From: Bradymonadia bacterium
GTDB lineage: Bacteria > Myxococcota_A > Bradymonadia > UBA7976 > UBA1532
Length of the DNA: 64,000 nt
NCBI GenBank assembly: GCA_044376085.1
Contig: JBILLN010000004.1
Coordinates: forward strand, 36,076 to 100,075
Direction: 5' to 3'
Part shown: one piece after another, positions 1-8,671 of the stretch
Layout of the letters: each line of letters opens with the position of its first letter
Numbering within the stretch: position 1 is the first letter of the stretch
The notes under the pieces: generated by a model
What the model saw: the letters and a program-made list of their open reading frames with translations, nothing else
Told to the model about the DNA's origin: nothing
Database searches by the model: none
Made by a program: the position numbers and the translations under genes

Positions 1-917
1 CGGACGACCAGCCGGGTGCGGCCCAGCTCGCTGCGCAGGATCGTCGCCTCGGCCTCTCCGAACGTGGCCCGACCGCCGTCGGCGAGGCCCGCCCCGCGCA
101 GCCCGACCTCGGTGCCACCGGTCGCCGGCCCCCAGCGGGGCTCGAGGTCCAGCACCACGAGGTCCTCGAAGTACGTGTAGCCGTCCCGCAGGCGCACCTC
201 GCCGAACGCATTTCGGACCAGGACTTCGATCGCGCCCGGCTCACCCGCCGGCACGACCGCCGTGAGGCGGTTGGCATCGACGAACGTGCTGCGGGCGAGG
301 GACCCGCCGAAGCGGACCTCCGTCCCCTCCACGAAGCCCTCACCGTCGATGACGACCTCCGTGCCCCCCCGCGCCGGGCCGCGGTCCGGGCTGATGGCCG
401 TGATCGCGACGGGCACGAAGTACGTGAAGGCGTCTTCCGTGCGGTGCGGCACGCCGCCCACCGACCACCGGACCGTCACGCTGATGTCGCCGGCGGCGAA
501 CCCGGGTGGGGTGACGCAGTCGATGTGGTTCTCGTTCACGACGACGAGGTCGGCGCAGTCCCGCTCCCCGATGCTGACGACCGTCCCCTCGAGGAATCCC
601 GTGCCGACGAGGCGAACGGACGTCCCGCCCGTGAGCGGCCCGCTGTTCGGAATCAGTGAGTTGAGGCGAGGCCCCCGTCGGTCGGCGTCTTCCTCGGGGG
701 GGCCGGCGTCGTCCGGTCCGCCACCTTCGCCGACGTCCGGCTCGGCCGCCTCCGGTCGGTCGGTGGGAATCGCGAGCCCGGTGTCGGCCGAGGGCGACTC
801 GCCGCCGGCAGGCTCGCCCTCGCACGCCGCGAGCCCGAGACACAGAAGGACGGAGACCAGCCGGAGAAATGCGGCGACGGGCCGCGCGCCGGGGAAGTTC
901 ATGCGCACCTGTGCCAT
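1..917 (-). CDS. IPT/TIG-domain repeat lipoprotein (runs off the window edge)
   Basis: Not in the ORF track. The minus-strand frame from ATG 917 (or 902) reads MAQVRMNFPG...VLLCLGLAAC (lipobox), then TIG-like repeats such as STFVDANRLTAVVPAGEPGAIEVLVRNAFGEVRLRDGYTY and LEPRWGPATGGTEVGLRGAGL. It is open to position 1. Confidence 0.85.
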   Translation of the reverse strand, partial: MAQVRMNFPGARPVAAFLRLVSVLLCLGLAACEGEPAGGESPSADTGLAIPTDRPEAAEPDVGEGGGPDDAGPPEEDADRRGPRLNSLIPNSGPLTGGTSVRLVGTGFLEGTVVSIGERDCADLVVVNENHIDCVTPPGFAAGDISVTVRWSVGGVPHRTEDAFTYFVPVAITAISPDRGPARGGTEVVIDGEGFVEGTEVRFGGSLARSTFVDANRLTAVVPAGEPGAIEVLVRNAFGEVRLRDGYTYFEDLVVLDLEPRWGPATGGTEVGLRGAGLADGGRATFGEAEATILRSELGRTRLVV

Positions 918-956
918 GCGTTCGGATCCTGACATCGGACGGGAGCACTCCAACCT

Positions 957-973
957 AGCAATTTTCGGGCCCG
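957..973 (-). promoter_or_regulatory. candidate sigma54 (-24/-12) promoter for the IPT/TIG lipoprotein
   Basis: Minus strand reads CGGGCCCG-AAAA-TTGCT, with GG-N10-GC spacing and TTGCT as in the consensus TGGCACG-N4-TTGCW. It lies 40 bp upstream of the start. Confidence 0.4.
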
Positions 974-1067
974 ATGGGCGCAGTGTTCGATCGACCGGAG
1001 CACCGGTCGCGGCCACCCGGACCGAGCCCGGACAGCGGGAGACGGCGGCGTTGACCGGGTCCGGCGG

Positions 1068-1670
1068 TCAGACAACCGATGCGAGCGCCCTCGCGTGGGT
1101 CGCCAGCCAGCCCTCGAACGCGTCGACGGGCCCGGTTCCGACGCCCCGTCGCTCGCGCGCGGCGCGCAGCACCTCGAAAAACCGTTGCAGGTCCTCCGGG
1201 TTTTCGAGCAGCGACTCGTCGACGCGAGGGCAGTGCGGCCACCGGTCGGCGGCCCAGGCGGCGAACAGACCGTCGGCGTCGCGGCGGCCGTCCGCCAGCG
1301 CCGACCCCACGCCACAGCTCGGGGAGCGGCTCTTCAGGACGAAGGCCTCCGGGGGGTCGTCGGCGAGCGCGGCTCCCCGCGCGGCCATCGCCTCGCGGAT
1401 ACGGGCCGTCACGTCACGCCCGGTCACGAGTCCGACGAGCCTCCGACCGTCCCGGGGACCGCGCAGCTCGATGGGCTCGCGTGGCACGCCCAGCCCCGCC
1501 TCCGTTTCCGGGCAGACCGGCACGACGCGAACGCTCTCACGCGGCGCCGCCAGGAGCCACTCCAGGCGCTTCTCGCCGCCATCGTACCGGACCCGTTCGC
1601 CGAGGAGGCAACGGCTGACGACGAGGACCACCGGAGGCTCCATCGGCGGCGGAACGGCGGCATTCGGCAT
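1068..1670 (-). CDS. DUF523 / 2-thiouracil desulfurase (TudS-like) Fe-S protein
   Basis: C-terminal part of ORF 1068..3113 carries VSRCLLGERVRYDGG, VCPETEAGLGVPRE and LKSRSPSCG, the three conserved Cys motifs. Start is 1670 or 1643. Confidence 0.85.
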   Translation of the reverse strand: MPNAAVPPPMEPPVVLVVSRCLLGERVRYDGGEKRLEWLLAAPRESVRVVPVCPETEAGLGVPREPIELRGPRDGRRLVGLVTGRDVTARIREAMAARGAALADDPPEAFVLKSRSPSCGVGSALADGRRDADGLFAAWAADRWPHCPRVDESLLENPEDLQRFFEVLRAARERRGVGTGPVDAFEGWLATHARALASVV

Positions 1671-1748
1671 GCGTTCAGCCTGCCGTCGGGGACCGTGATC
1701 TTCAACGGGCGTCTTCGCCCTTGCACCGCCCGCGGCCCCCCGGCAACG

Positions 1749-4175
1749 ATGCGCCCCGTGAAACCGACCGTCCCCGAAAAAACCCTGGCCCACCTGGAGT
1801 GGCATCGCGTCCGCGAGCGGCTGGCCCACCATTGTCGTGGCCCGCTGGCCCATCGCCGCGCGCTCGCGCTCGACCTCGCCGAGGATGCGGGCGAGCTCGA
1901 CCGCCGTCTGCGCCTCGTCGCCGAGGCCCGGCGTTTCCTCGACACCGGGCGAGCCCCCCCCCTCGGCGAGGTGCCCGACGTTCGGGCGGTCGCCGGCCTC
2001 GCGGCGCGTGGGGGCATTCTCGAACCGGAGGCCCTGTCGGCCGTCGGTCTGGTGCTCGAGGTCGCCTCCCGGTGCAGTCGCTACCTCGACGACGTCCGGG
2101 CCGAGGCCCCGACGCTCGCCGAGGAGGGGGACGCGTTGCCGCGGCGGGTCGACCTCGCACGGGCGCTCCTCGAAGCGGTCGACGAGCGGGGCCAGATCGC
2201 CGACGGGGCGAGCGGCGACCTCGGCCACCTGCGACTCCGCGTGTCGCACCTGCACGTCCAGCTCAAGTCGCGCATCGACGGCCTGGTCTCCGACCCCGAG
2301 GTCGCTTCGATGCTCCAGGACGACTACTACACGATCCGTGAGGACCGGTACGTCTTGCCGGTGCGATCGGGCCACAAGAACCACGTGCCGGGCATCGTCC
2401 ACGGCTGGTCGCAGACGGCTCAGACCGTGTTCATCGAACCGCAGGCCGTCGTCGAAGCGAACAACGCGCTCCGGTTCGCCCAGGCGGACGTCGAGCGCGA
2501 GGTGCAGCGCATCCTCACGCGACTCTCCGCGCGCGTCGGCGAAGCGGCGGACGAAATCGTCCGGGCCGTGGAACACCTTGCGACGATCGACCTGGCCCTC
2601 GCCGCGGCGTCCCTGTCGAGCGAGATGGATGCCACGGCGCCGCTCGTGACGGAGGCGGCCGAGCTTTCGCTCCGACGGGCCCGGCACCCGCTCCTGGTGC
2701 TCGAGGGCATCCCCGTCGTGCCCAACGACCTTCAGCTCGGAGGCGGTCAGCGGGCGCTCGTCATCACGGGACCCAATACCGGCGGGAAGACCGTGGCCCT
2801 GAAGACGGCGGGCCTGTGCGTCCTCATGGCGCTGAGCGGCCTTCACCTCCCGTGCGCCCACGACAGCGTCGTGCCGCGCGTCCCGGGCCTCTTCACCGAT
2901 ATCGGCGACGAGCAGAGCCTTCAGGCGCACCTCTCGACGTTCAGCGGCCACGTGGCCAACCTGCGGACGATCCTCGACGCGCTCCTGCCGGGCGGCCTGG
3001 TCCTGCTGGACGAGCTCGTGGTGGGGACCGACCCCGTCCAGGGCTCGGCACTGGCGCAGGCCATTGCCGAGACGCTCGTGGAGCGGGGCGCCCTGGCCAT
3101 CGTCACGACGCACTACGAGGGCCTGAAAGCCCTCCCGTTCACCGATCCTCGTTTCCGGAACGGCGCCATGGGCATCGACCCGGAGGGCCGTGCCCCGACG
3201 TACCGCCTTCGTCTCGACGTGCCGGGTACGTCATCGGCGTTGGTCACTGCGCGCCGGCTCGGGCTCGACCCCGCCATCGTCGACCGCGCCGAGACGCTCG
3301 CGGGCGCCCAGCACCGGAGCCTGGAGGCCGTGGTGTCCCGCCTGGAACGGGATGCCGAGGCCGCCCGGCAGGCCCGCGAAGCCAGCGAGGCCGACCGACG
3401 CCAGGCGGAAAAAGCGCGCCGCGCCGCCGAGGACCACGAGCGCATGTGGCGCGAGCGTCTGAAGGCCGGCCTCGCAAAGGAACGCTCGGCCGCCCTGACC
3501 GAGGCCCGGCGTCTGCGCGACGACATCCGACGACTGAAGGCCCAGCTCGAGGAGCCCGAGATGCGCAAAGACGTCCAGAAACTCGCAGAACACAAGAGCC
3601 GCGCGGAGAAGATCATCGAGAAGGTCGTCGCCCAGGAAGATGCGGCCCGGGCCGCCCAGGCGGGTCCCGCCGTGGAGGCCGCCGCGCTGCGCCCCGGTCT
3701 CCGCGTCTATGTCGTCTCGCTGGGGTGCGAGGGCGTCATAGAACGCGTGCCGGACGGCCGCGGAAAAGTGGACGTCCGGGCCGGCCTGCTCGCGATGAAG
3801 CTCGACGTGACGGATCTCCGCCTTGCCGGAGACAAGAACCCGTCCGGCAAGGCGGCGCCCCCGCCGCCGAAGTCGCCTCCACCCGCGGCGCGCGTGTCGC
3901 CCGGCAGTTGGGCGGACGTGACCCCGCAGGCGCCGCACAACACGGTGGACGTCCGCGGCATGCGGACCCACGAGGCGATCGCGGTGACGGAGCGGTTCCT
4001 GGACGCGCAAGTAGAGCGGGAGGCCACCGTCGCGTACGTGATCCACGGTCACGGGACGGGTGCGCTGAAGAAGGAACTCCGCCAGTGGCTGCGCACCACC
4101 GGGTATGCCAGGGACTTCCGTCCGGGCGAACAGCACCAGGGCGGGGACGGGGTCACGGCGGTGCTGCTCGTATGA
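1749..4175 (+). CDS. mutS2: MutS2 endonuclease / ribosome-collision ATPase with C-terminal Smr domain
   Basis: Motifs LEW..VRERLA, IVHGWSQTAQTVFIEP, Walker A ITGPNTGGKT, DIGDEQSL..HLSTFS, LLDEL..GTDP, and Smr VIHGHGTGALK..GGDGVT. Start is ATG 1749 or GTG 1758. Confidence 0.95.
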   Translation: MRPVKPTVPEKTLAHLEWHRVRERLAHHCRGPLAHRRALALDLAEDAGELDRRLRLVAEARRFLDTGRAPPLGEVPDVRAVAGLAARGGILEPEALSAVGLVLEVASRCSRYLDDVRAEAPTLAEEGDALPRRVDLARALLEAVDERGQIADGASGDLGHLRLRVSHLHVQLKSRIDGLVSDPEVASMLQDDYYTIREDRYVLPVRSGHKNHVPGIVHGWSQTAQTVFIEPQAVVEANNALRFAQADVEREVQRILTRLSARVGEAADEIVRAVEHLATIDLALAAASLSSEMDATAPLVTEAAELSLRRARHPLLVLEGIPVVPNDLQLGGGQRALVITGPNTGGKTVALKTAGLCVLMALSGLHLPCAHDSVVPRVPGLFTDIGDEQSLQAHLSTFSGHVANLRTILDALLPGGLVLLDELVVGTDPVQGSALAQAIAETLVERGALAIVTTHYEGLKALPFTDPRFRNGAMGIDPEGRAPTYRLRLDVPGTSSALVTARRLGLDPAIVDRAETLAGAQHRSLEAVVSRLERDAEAARQAREASEADRRQAEKARRAAEDHERMWRERLKAGLAKERSAALTEARRLRDDIRRLKAQLEEPEMRKDVQKLAEHKSRAEKIIEKVVAQEDAARAAQAGPAVEAAALRPGLRVYVVSLGCEGVIERVPDGRGKVDVRAGLLAMKLDVTDLRLAGDKNPSGKAAPPPPKSPPPAARVSPGSWADVTPQAPHNTVDVRGMRTHEAIAVTERFLDAQVEREATVAYVIHGHGTGALKKELRQWLRTTGYARDFRPGEQHQGGDGVTAVLLV

Positions 4176-6715
4176 CCGCCCCCTGCCCGGCCGCTCGTCC
4201 CCTTCTCGCCGCGACGCTGACCACGGTGCTGATGGCCGTGACCGCCCCGGCGGCAGCCCAGCGTCCGACCGCCGGCGTCCTGCTGCCGCACGCGGACGTC
4301 GCCGGTGGCCAACACGTCGAACAGGCCGCGGACAACCCGGCCGTGCTGGGCTTCGGCGGTGACTTCGAGCTCACCTGGCACTACCTCGGGACTCCCCGGG
4401 AATCCGTCGGGACCGGGCAGGGCCTGCACGCCGGGCTCGGCGTCCTTGATCCGTACCACACCGGCCTTTCGCTTCAGTTCCTGGACGCGCCCGGCAAACA
4501 GGCGCACGAGCCGGTGAAGCTCACGTGGTCGCACGCGCTGAGCCTCTCCCCCGCCTTCTCGTTCGGTTTCGCCTGGAGCACCTTCACGGCGGACGAGGAC
4601 CGCGCGCTCGGCAACGTCTCCACCTGGGACGCGGGGGTCGTCTGGCGGCCCTGGCGGTACATCGCCCTCGGCGCGGCGGTGACGGACTTCAACACGCCGC
4701 TGTATCGCGGGGCGGCCCTGCCGCGGGGCTGGAACCTGGGTCTCGCGCTGCGGCCCGGTACGGAGCGCCTCACACTCTCCGGCAGTGCCCGCCTCGAGGA
4801 GGTCGGCGGGGCGACGCCGACCTATGGCGGTCGGCTCGACTGGAACTTCTGGGGGCCGCTGTCGCTCCTCGGGCGGTACGACACCCAGGCGTCCGACGGG
4901 GTCCGCACCCACACGGTACTCGGCGGTCTCGCCTACCAGATCGCCGCGCGCATGGGCATCGGGGTTCACGGCTACGTGCCGGACGCGGGGGCCGGCGAGG
5001 CGAACACCGGCCTGGGAACCTACGTACGCATGGGGACCGATGCCGAGCCACAGCGCCGGCCCCGCCTCTGGCACACGGTGGTGGAGGTCGCGTTCGCCGA
5101 GGGCCTCGAGGAGTACCGTACGCCCGGCTTCTTCGAGACTCGCCCGGAGACACCCTTCCTGAACGCGCTGCGTGACCTGCGGGCGCTCGCGCGGGACCCC
5201 CGGGTCGACGCCTTGCTCGTGACGCTGACCGATCTCGATGTCGGATGGGCGCAGGCCGAGGAACTCCGGGGGGCGATCGGCGAGGCGCGGGCGGCGGGCA
5301 AGTCCGTCTTCGCTTATCTGCCCGTCGCCGATACCCGGTCCTACTACATCGCGACGGCCTGCGACCGCATCTTCACCACCCCCGCCGGCGGGGTGATGTT
5401 GACCGGCATCCGGGGCGACTTTCTGTACATCCGTGGGCTGCTCGAAAAGCTCGGGGTGGTGGCCCAGTTCGTGGCGCTCGGGGACTACAAGAGCGCGCCG
5501 GAGATGTTCACGCGGGAGGCGCCCTCCCCGGCCGCCGCCGAGGCCGAGCACGCCCTCCTCGACCCCCTCTACGAGCGCCTCGTCCGCGCCGTCGCGACGG
5601 CGCGACGCAAGACCGACGAGCAGGTCCGCGGGATCATCGACGCCGGCCCCTATACGGCGGCGGCCGCCCAGTCGGCGGGTCTCGTCGACGGTGTGCTCCA
5701 CTACGACGAGTTCGAGCAGGTCTTCACGCAGGTCTATGGCCACCGGGTCCGGTTCGTCCCGCCCGAGGTCCTGCTGGAACGCCGCGACGCGCGCTGGGGC
5801 GAGCCCCCGCGCATCGGCCTGCTGTATGCGGTGGGCACCATCACCGACGGTGAGTCCATCTCGAACCCGTTCACGGGCTCGGTCTCGACGGGCGCCGACA
5901 CGTTCATCGCGGCGGTCAGGGCCCTGCGCGAGGACGCCGGCGTCCGGGCGGTGGTGCTGCGCATCGACAGCCCGGGCGGCTCGGTGACGGCCTCGGACGT
6001 GATGTGGCGCGAGCTGCGGCTGCTCGGCAAGGAGAAGCCCCTGCTCGTGAGCATGGGCGATACCGCGGCCTCGGGCGGCTACTACCTCGCGGCGGCGGGC
6101 GAAGAGATCGTCGCCGACCCCTCGACGCTCACCGGCAGCATCGGCATCTTCACCGGCAAGTTCGATCTGAGCGGCCTTTACGGCCTGCTCGGCGTTCGAT
6201 TCGAGACGTTTCGCCGCGGGGCCCGCGCGGACTTCCTCGGCACGACCCGCCCCTGGACGGAGGAAGAGCTCGTCTCGGTGAGACAGGCGATGGAAACGCT
6301 GTACGCCGTGTTCAAACAGCGCGTGGCGGAGGGCCGACCCGGCCTCACGGCCGACCAGATCGAGAGCGTGGCCCGCGGGCGCGTATGGCTCGGCAGTCAG
6401 GCGCGGGAGCGCGGCCTCGTCGATGCCGAGGGGGGGCTCCTCGTGACCATCGATCGCGTCGCAGCCCGGCTCGGACTCGACGAGGGTGACTACACCCTCG
6501 AGGTGTGGCCGAAGGGCGGCGGCCTCGGCGGTATCCCCCGGGCACCTGTTCGAAGTGCTCCGGCGCTGCTGGCCGCCGCGTTGGGCACGGAATCGAAGGT
6601 GATCGGCGGGCGCCTGCCGGCGGGCCTCCGGGCGCTGCTCGACCTGCCTCTCCTGCACTTCGGCAGCGGGGACCCATTGGCCCTCCTCCCGTTCGTCGTG
6701 ACGCGGGAGCGTTGA
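4172..6715 (+). CDS. sppA: signal peptide peptidase SppA (67K type, tandem S49 domains) with N-terminal beta-barrel-like extension
   Basis: ATGA overlap with the mutS2 stop. Motifs GDYKSAPE (catalytic Lys), LRIDSPGGS, SMGDTAASGGYY (catalytic Ser), TGSIGI and ARGRVWLG. Preceded by a signal peptide and about 270 aa of amphipathic strands. Confidence 0.9.
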   Translation: MTAPCPAARPLLAATLTTVLMAVTAPAAAQRPTAGVLLPHADVAGGQHVEQAADNPAVLGFGGDFELTWHYLGTPRESVGTGQGLHAGLGVLDPYHTGLSLQFLDAPGKQAHEPVKLTWSHALSLSPAFSFGFAWSTFTADEDRALGNVSTWDAGVVWRPWRYIALGAAVTDFNTPLYRGAALPRGWNLGLALRPGTERLTLSGSARLEEVGGATPTYGGRLDWNFWGPLSLLGRYDTQASDGVRTHTVLGGLAYQIAARMGIGVHGYVPDAGAGEANTGLGTYVRMGTDAEPQRRPRLWHTVVEVAFAEGLEEYRTPGFFETRPETPFLNALRDLRALARDPRVDALLVTLTDLDVGWAQAEELRGAIGEARAAGKSVFAYLPVADTRSYYIATACDRIFTTPAGGVMLTGIRGDFLYIRGLLEKLGVVAQFVALGDYKSAPEMFTREAPSPAAAEAEHALLDPLYERLVRAVATARRKTDEQVRGIIDAGPYTAAAAQSAGLVDGVLHYDEFEQVFTQVYGHRVRFVPPEVLLERRDARWGEPPRIGLLYAVGTITDGESISNPFTGSVSTGADTFIAAVRALREDAGVRAVVLRIDSPGGSVTASDVMWRELRLLGKEKPLLVSMGDTAASGGYYLAAAGEEIVADPSTLTGSIGIFTGKFDLSGLYGLLGVRFETFRRGARADFLGTTRPWTEEELVSVRQAMETLYAVFKQRVAEGRPGLTADQIESVARGRVWLGSQARERGLVDAEGGLLVTIDRVAARLGLDEGDYTLEVWPKGGGLGGIPRAPVRSAPALLAAALGTESKVIGGRLPAGLRALLDLPLLHFGSGDPLALLPFVVTRER

Positions 6716-6736
6716 GGGGGGCGAACGCCCGGTCGA

Positions 6737-8671
6737 TCAGCGCCAGAATCGAGCCCGAAGGACGCGGTTCGTGGGGCCGTCGAGCACCGTGGGTCCAGGC
6801 GCGACCTCGACGTAGACGAGCGTGTCGAGGTCCGCCGTGGCCGCCGCGTCCAACGTGGCGGTCGCGGCGAGCGCGGGGCACGCGTCGAACCACGGGCGCA
6901 CGGCCCACGGTGGACCCTCGGTGCCCTCCGACGCGAGCCGGCCGATGCGAAGCGCGTCCGGCCATCGCAGTCGGAGCCGGCCGTCGGCACCGATCTCCGC
7001 CTCACCCGTCGTTCCTGCCGCGTCCGGCTCCAGGCGGACCTGGGTGCCGAGCAGGGGGACCCCCGGGAAGTCGGCGCGTTCGAGGTGCGTCGTGACGTCG
7101 GCGCCGCGCCAGCGCCCCCGGGAGAGCCCGGCCGGAAGCCCCCCGCCCGAGGGCTCGACGATGGGCACGAGCCAACGGTCCCCCTCGGGGTGGTCGACGC
7201 GAAAGGCCGTCCGACCGTCGTCGAGCAGGCGCTCGCGCACCCGGAACGCCCGACCTTCGGCATCCGTGAGAACATCGCCTCGCCAGTCGCCGCAGCGCAG
7301 AGGGTCGCCCGAAGTCCCCGCCGGGGCGAGCGCGAGCGGCGCCGACGTGCGGCCACAGGTGTCGACCGCCAGGGTGCCGAGCGGGCCGTCGCCGGCGCAC
7401 GGCTCGGTGTCCGCTCCGAAGACGGCGTAGGTGCCGGCCCGCTGCGCGTCGGCCGGACACCCGTCGCTGCTGCCCCGCACGAAACCGCGACGCCCCGCGA
7501 ACCCGACGGGACCGAAGAGGTCCGGGGGCGGCGCCCCTGTCGCGTCGAACGCCGAGAGGCTCGCTCCCAGGAACCAGGCACCGATCACCCCGGAGAGCAT
7601 CGAGGCGTCCCGGAGGAGCACCGGGACCTCGACGGCCGCCTCGTCGGTCCGGGCGAACGCCACGTGCCGTCCAGGGACGCAGCCATCCGCATCCGCCAGC
7701 GCGACCCCCCAGAGGCCGGCCTCCGCGGGCGGCGTCCAGTAGACGGTCCCCGGGGTCCCCGTCACCGGGCGCGCCTCCGAAGGCATCGGCCGCGGCTCCG
7801 GCGCCATCGGCGCCAATCCGGACTCCGGCGCCGGCAGCAGAACGCTTCCGGCCTTCCGAGGGAGAACGAACGTTCGTCCCGCCCATGCGGCCTCCCCCCC
7901 GAGTCGCGCCGCCAGAGCCACCCCCGGACCGAAATCGGCCGGGACGTCGAGAGCGCCGCCGTCGCCCGCCCAGCCCCGCGCGACCACCAGGTCGGTCACG
8001 ATCTCGTCGACGACCAGGACCACCTCGACCGGGACGGCCACCGTGCCTTCGACGCCCACCGCCAACCGCTGGGTCGGCGGCGGTTCGGGCACGACTCGCG
8101 TGACCGCATCGGCGTCTCGGGATTCGGTGATGCCCAGCCGCACGTCGCCCTGCGGGGTGCGGAAGACCATGACCCACGAGCCGGTGCCCGGCCAGCCCCC
8201 CGCCTCCCAGCGAACGGCTCCTGCGCCGCTGCGACGGACCGCAGGCCAGTATCGAGTCGAGCCGACCCACCCCCCGGCCGCTGCGTCGACGCCCGGCTCC
8301 GCATCGACGACTGCCGTTCGGACGAGCAACGGCGTCGGTGTCAGACCCGCGGCCCGGAGATACGGATCGAGCCGGACGGCCGGGCCGTCCACCGCCGGCG
8401 TGCGGACGGTGTCAGCGCCGCGGCGGAATGTGAGGCGTCGGTCGCCCGACCCCACGTATACCGTCGCCGAACGACCGGGGCCGACGGCGAAGGCCTCCGC
8501 ATCCGCGTAGACCTCGCCCTCGACCTCGGAGAAGACCTCGAGCACGGGAGACAGGCGCACCGCGACGGGGTCCCCCGCACAGCCGGTCGAGAGGGCGAGG
8601 CCGACGAGCCACCGCCGTCGGGCCCCGCCGTCGCGTCCGCATCGCCCGGCGACTCGGGCGGTTCGGCTCAC
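6737..8671 (-). CDS. hypothetical lipoprotein
   Basis: GTGA overlap with the upstream kinase. Arg-rich n-region and LVGLALSTGC lipobox; beta-rich sequence with no recognised family. Confidence 0.65.
   Translation of the reverse strand: MSRTARVAGRCGRDGGARRRWLVGLALSTGCAGDPVAVRLSPVLEVFSEVEGEVYADAEAFAVGPGRSATVYVGSGDRRLTFRRGADTVRTPAVDGPAVRLDPYLRAAGLTPTPLLVRTAVVDAEPGVDAAAGGWVGSTRYWPAVRRSGAGAVRWEAGGWPGTGSWVMVFRTPQGDVRLGITESRDADAVTRVVPEPPPTQRLAVGVEGTVAVPVEVVLVVDEIVTDLVVARGWAGDGGALDVPADFGPGVALAARLGGEAAWAGRTFVLPRKAGSVLLPAPESGLAPMAPEPRPMPSEARPVTGTPGTVYWTPPAEAGLWGVALADADGCVPGRHVAFARTDEAAVEVPVLLRDASMLSGVIGAWFLGASLSAFDATGAPPPDLFGPVGFAGRRGFVRGSSDGCPADAQRAGTYAVFGADTEPCAGDGPLGTLAVDTCGRTSAPLALAPAGTSGDPLRCGDWRGDVLTDAEGRAFRVRERLLDDGRTAFRVDHPEGDRWLVPIVEPSGGGLPAGLSRGRWRGADVTTHLERADFPGVPLLGTQVRLEPDAAGTTGEAEIGADGRLRLRWPDALRIGRLASEGTEGPPWAVRPWFDACPALAATATLDAAATADLDTLVYVEVAPGPTVLDGPTNRVLRARFWR

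Noticed and set aside
262-1698. Plus-strand 478-aa ORF and minus-strand ORF 340..948
   Set aside because: Low-complexity Ser/Arg/Pro shadows; the real genes are the IPT/TIG lipoprotein and DUF523 in other frames.
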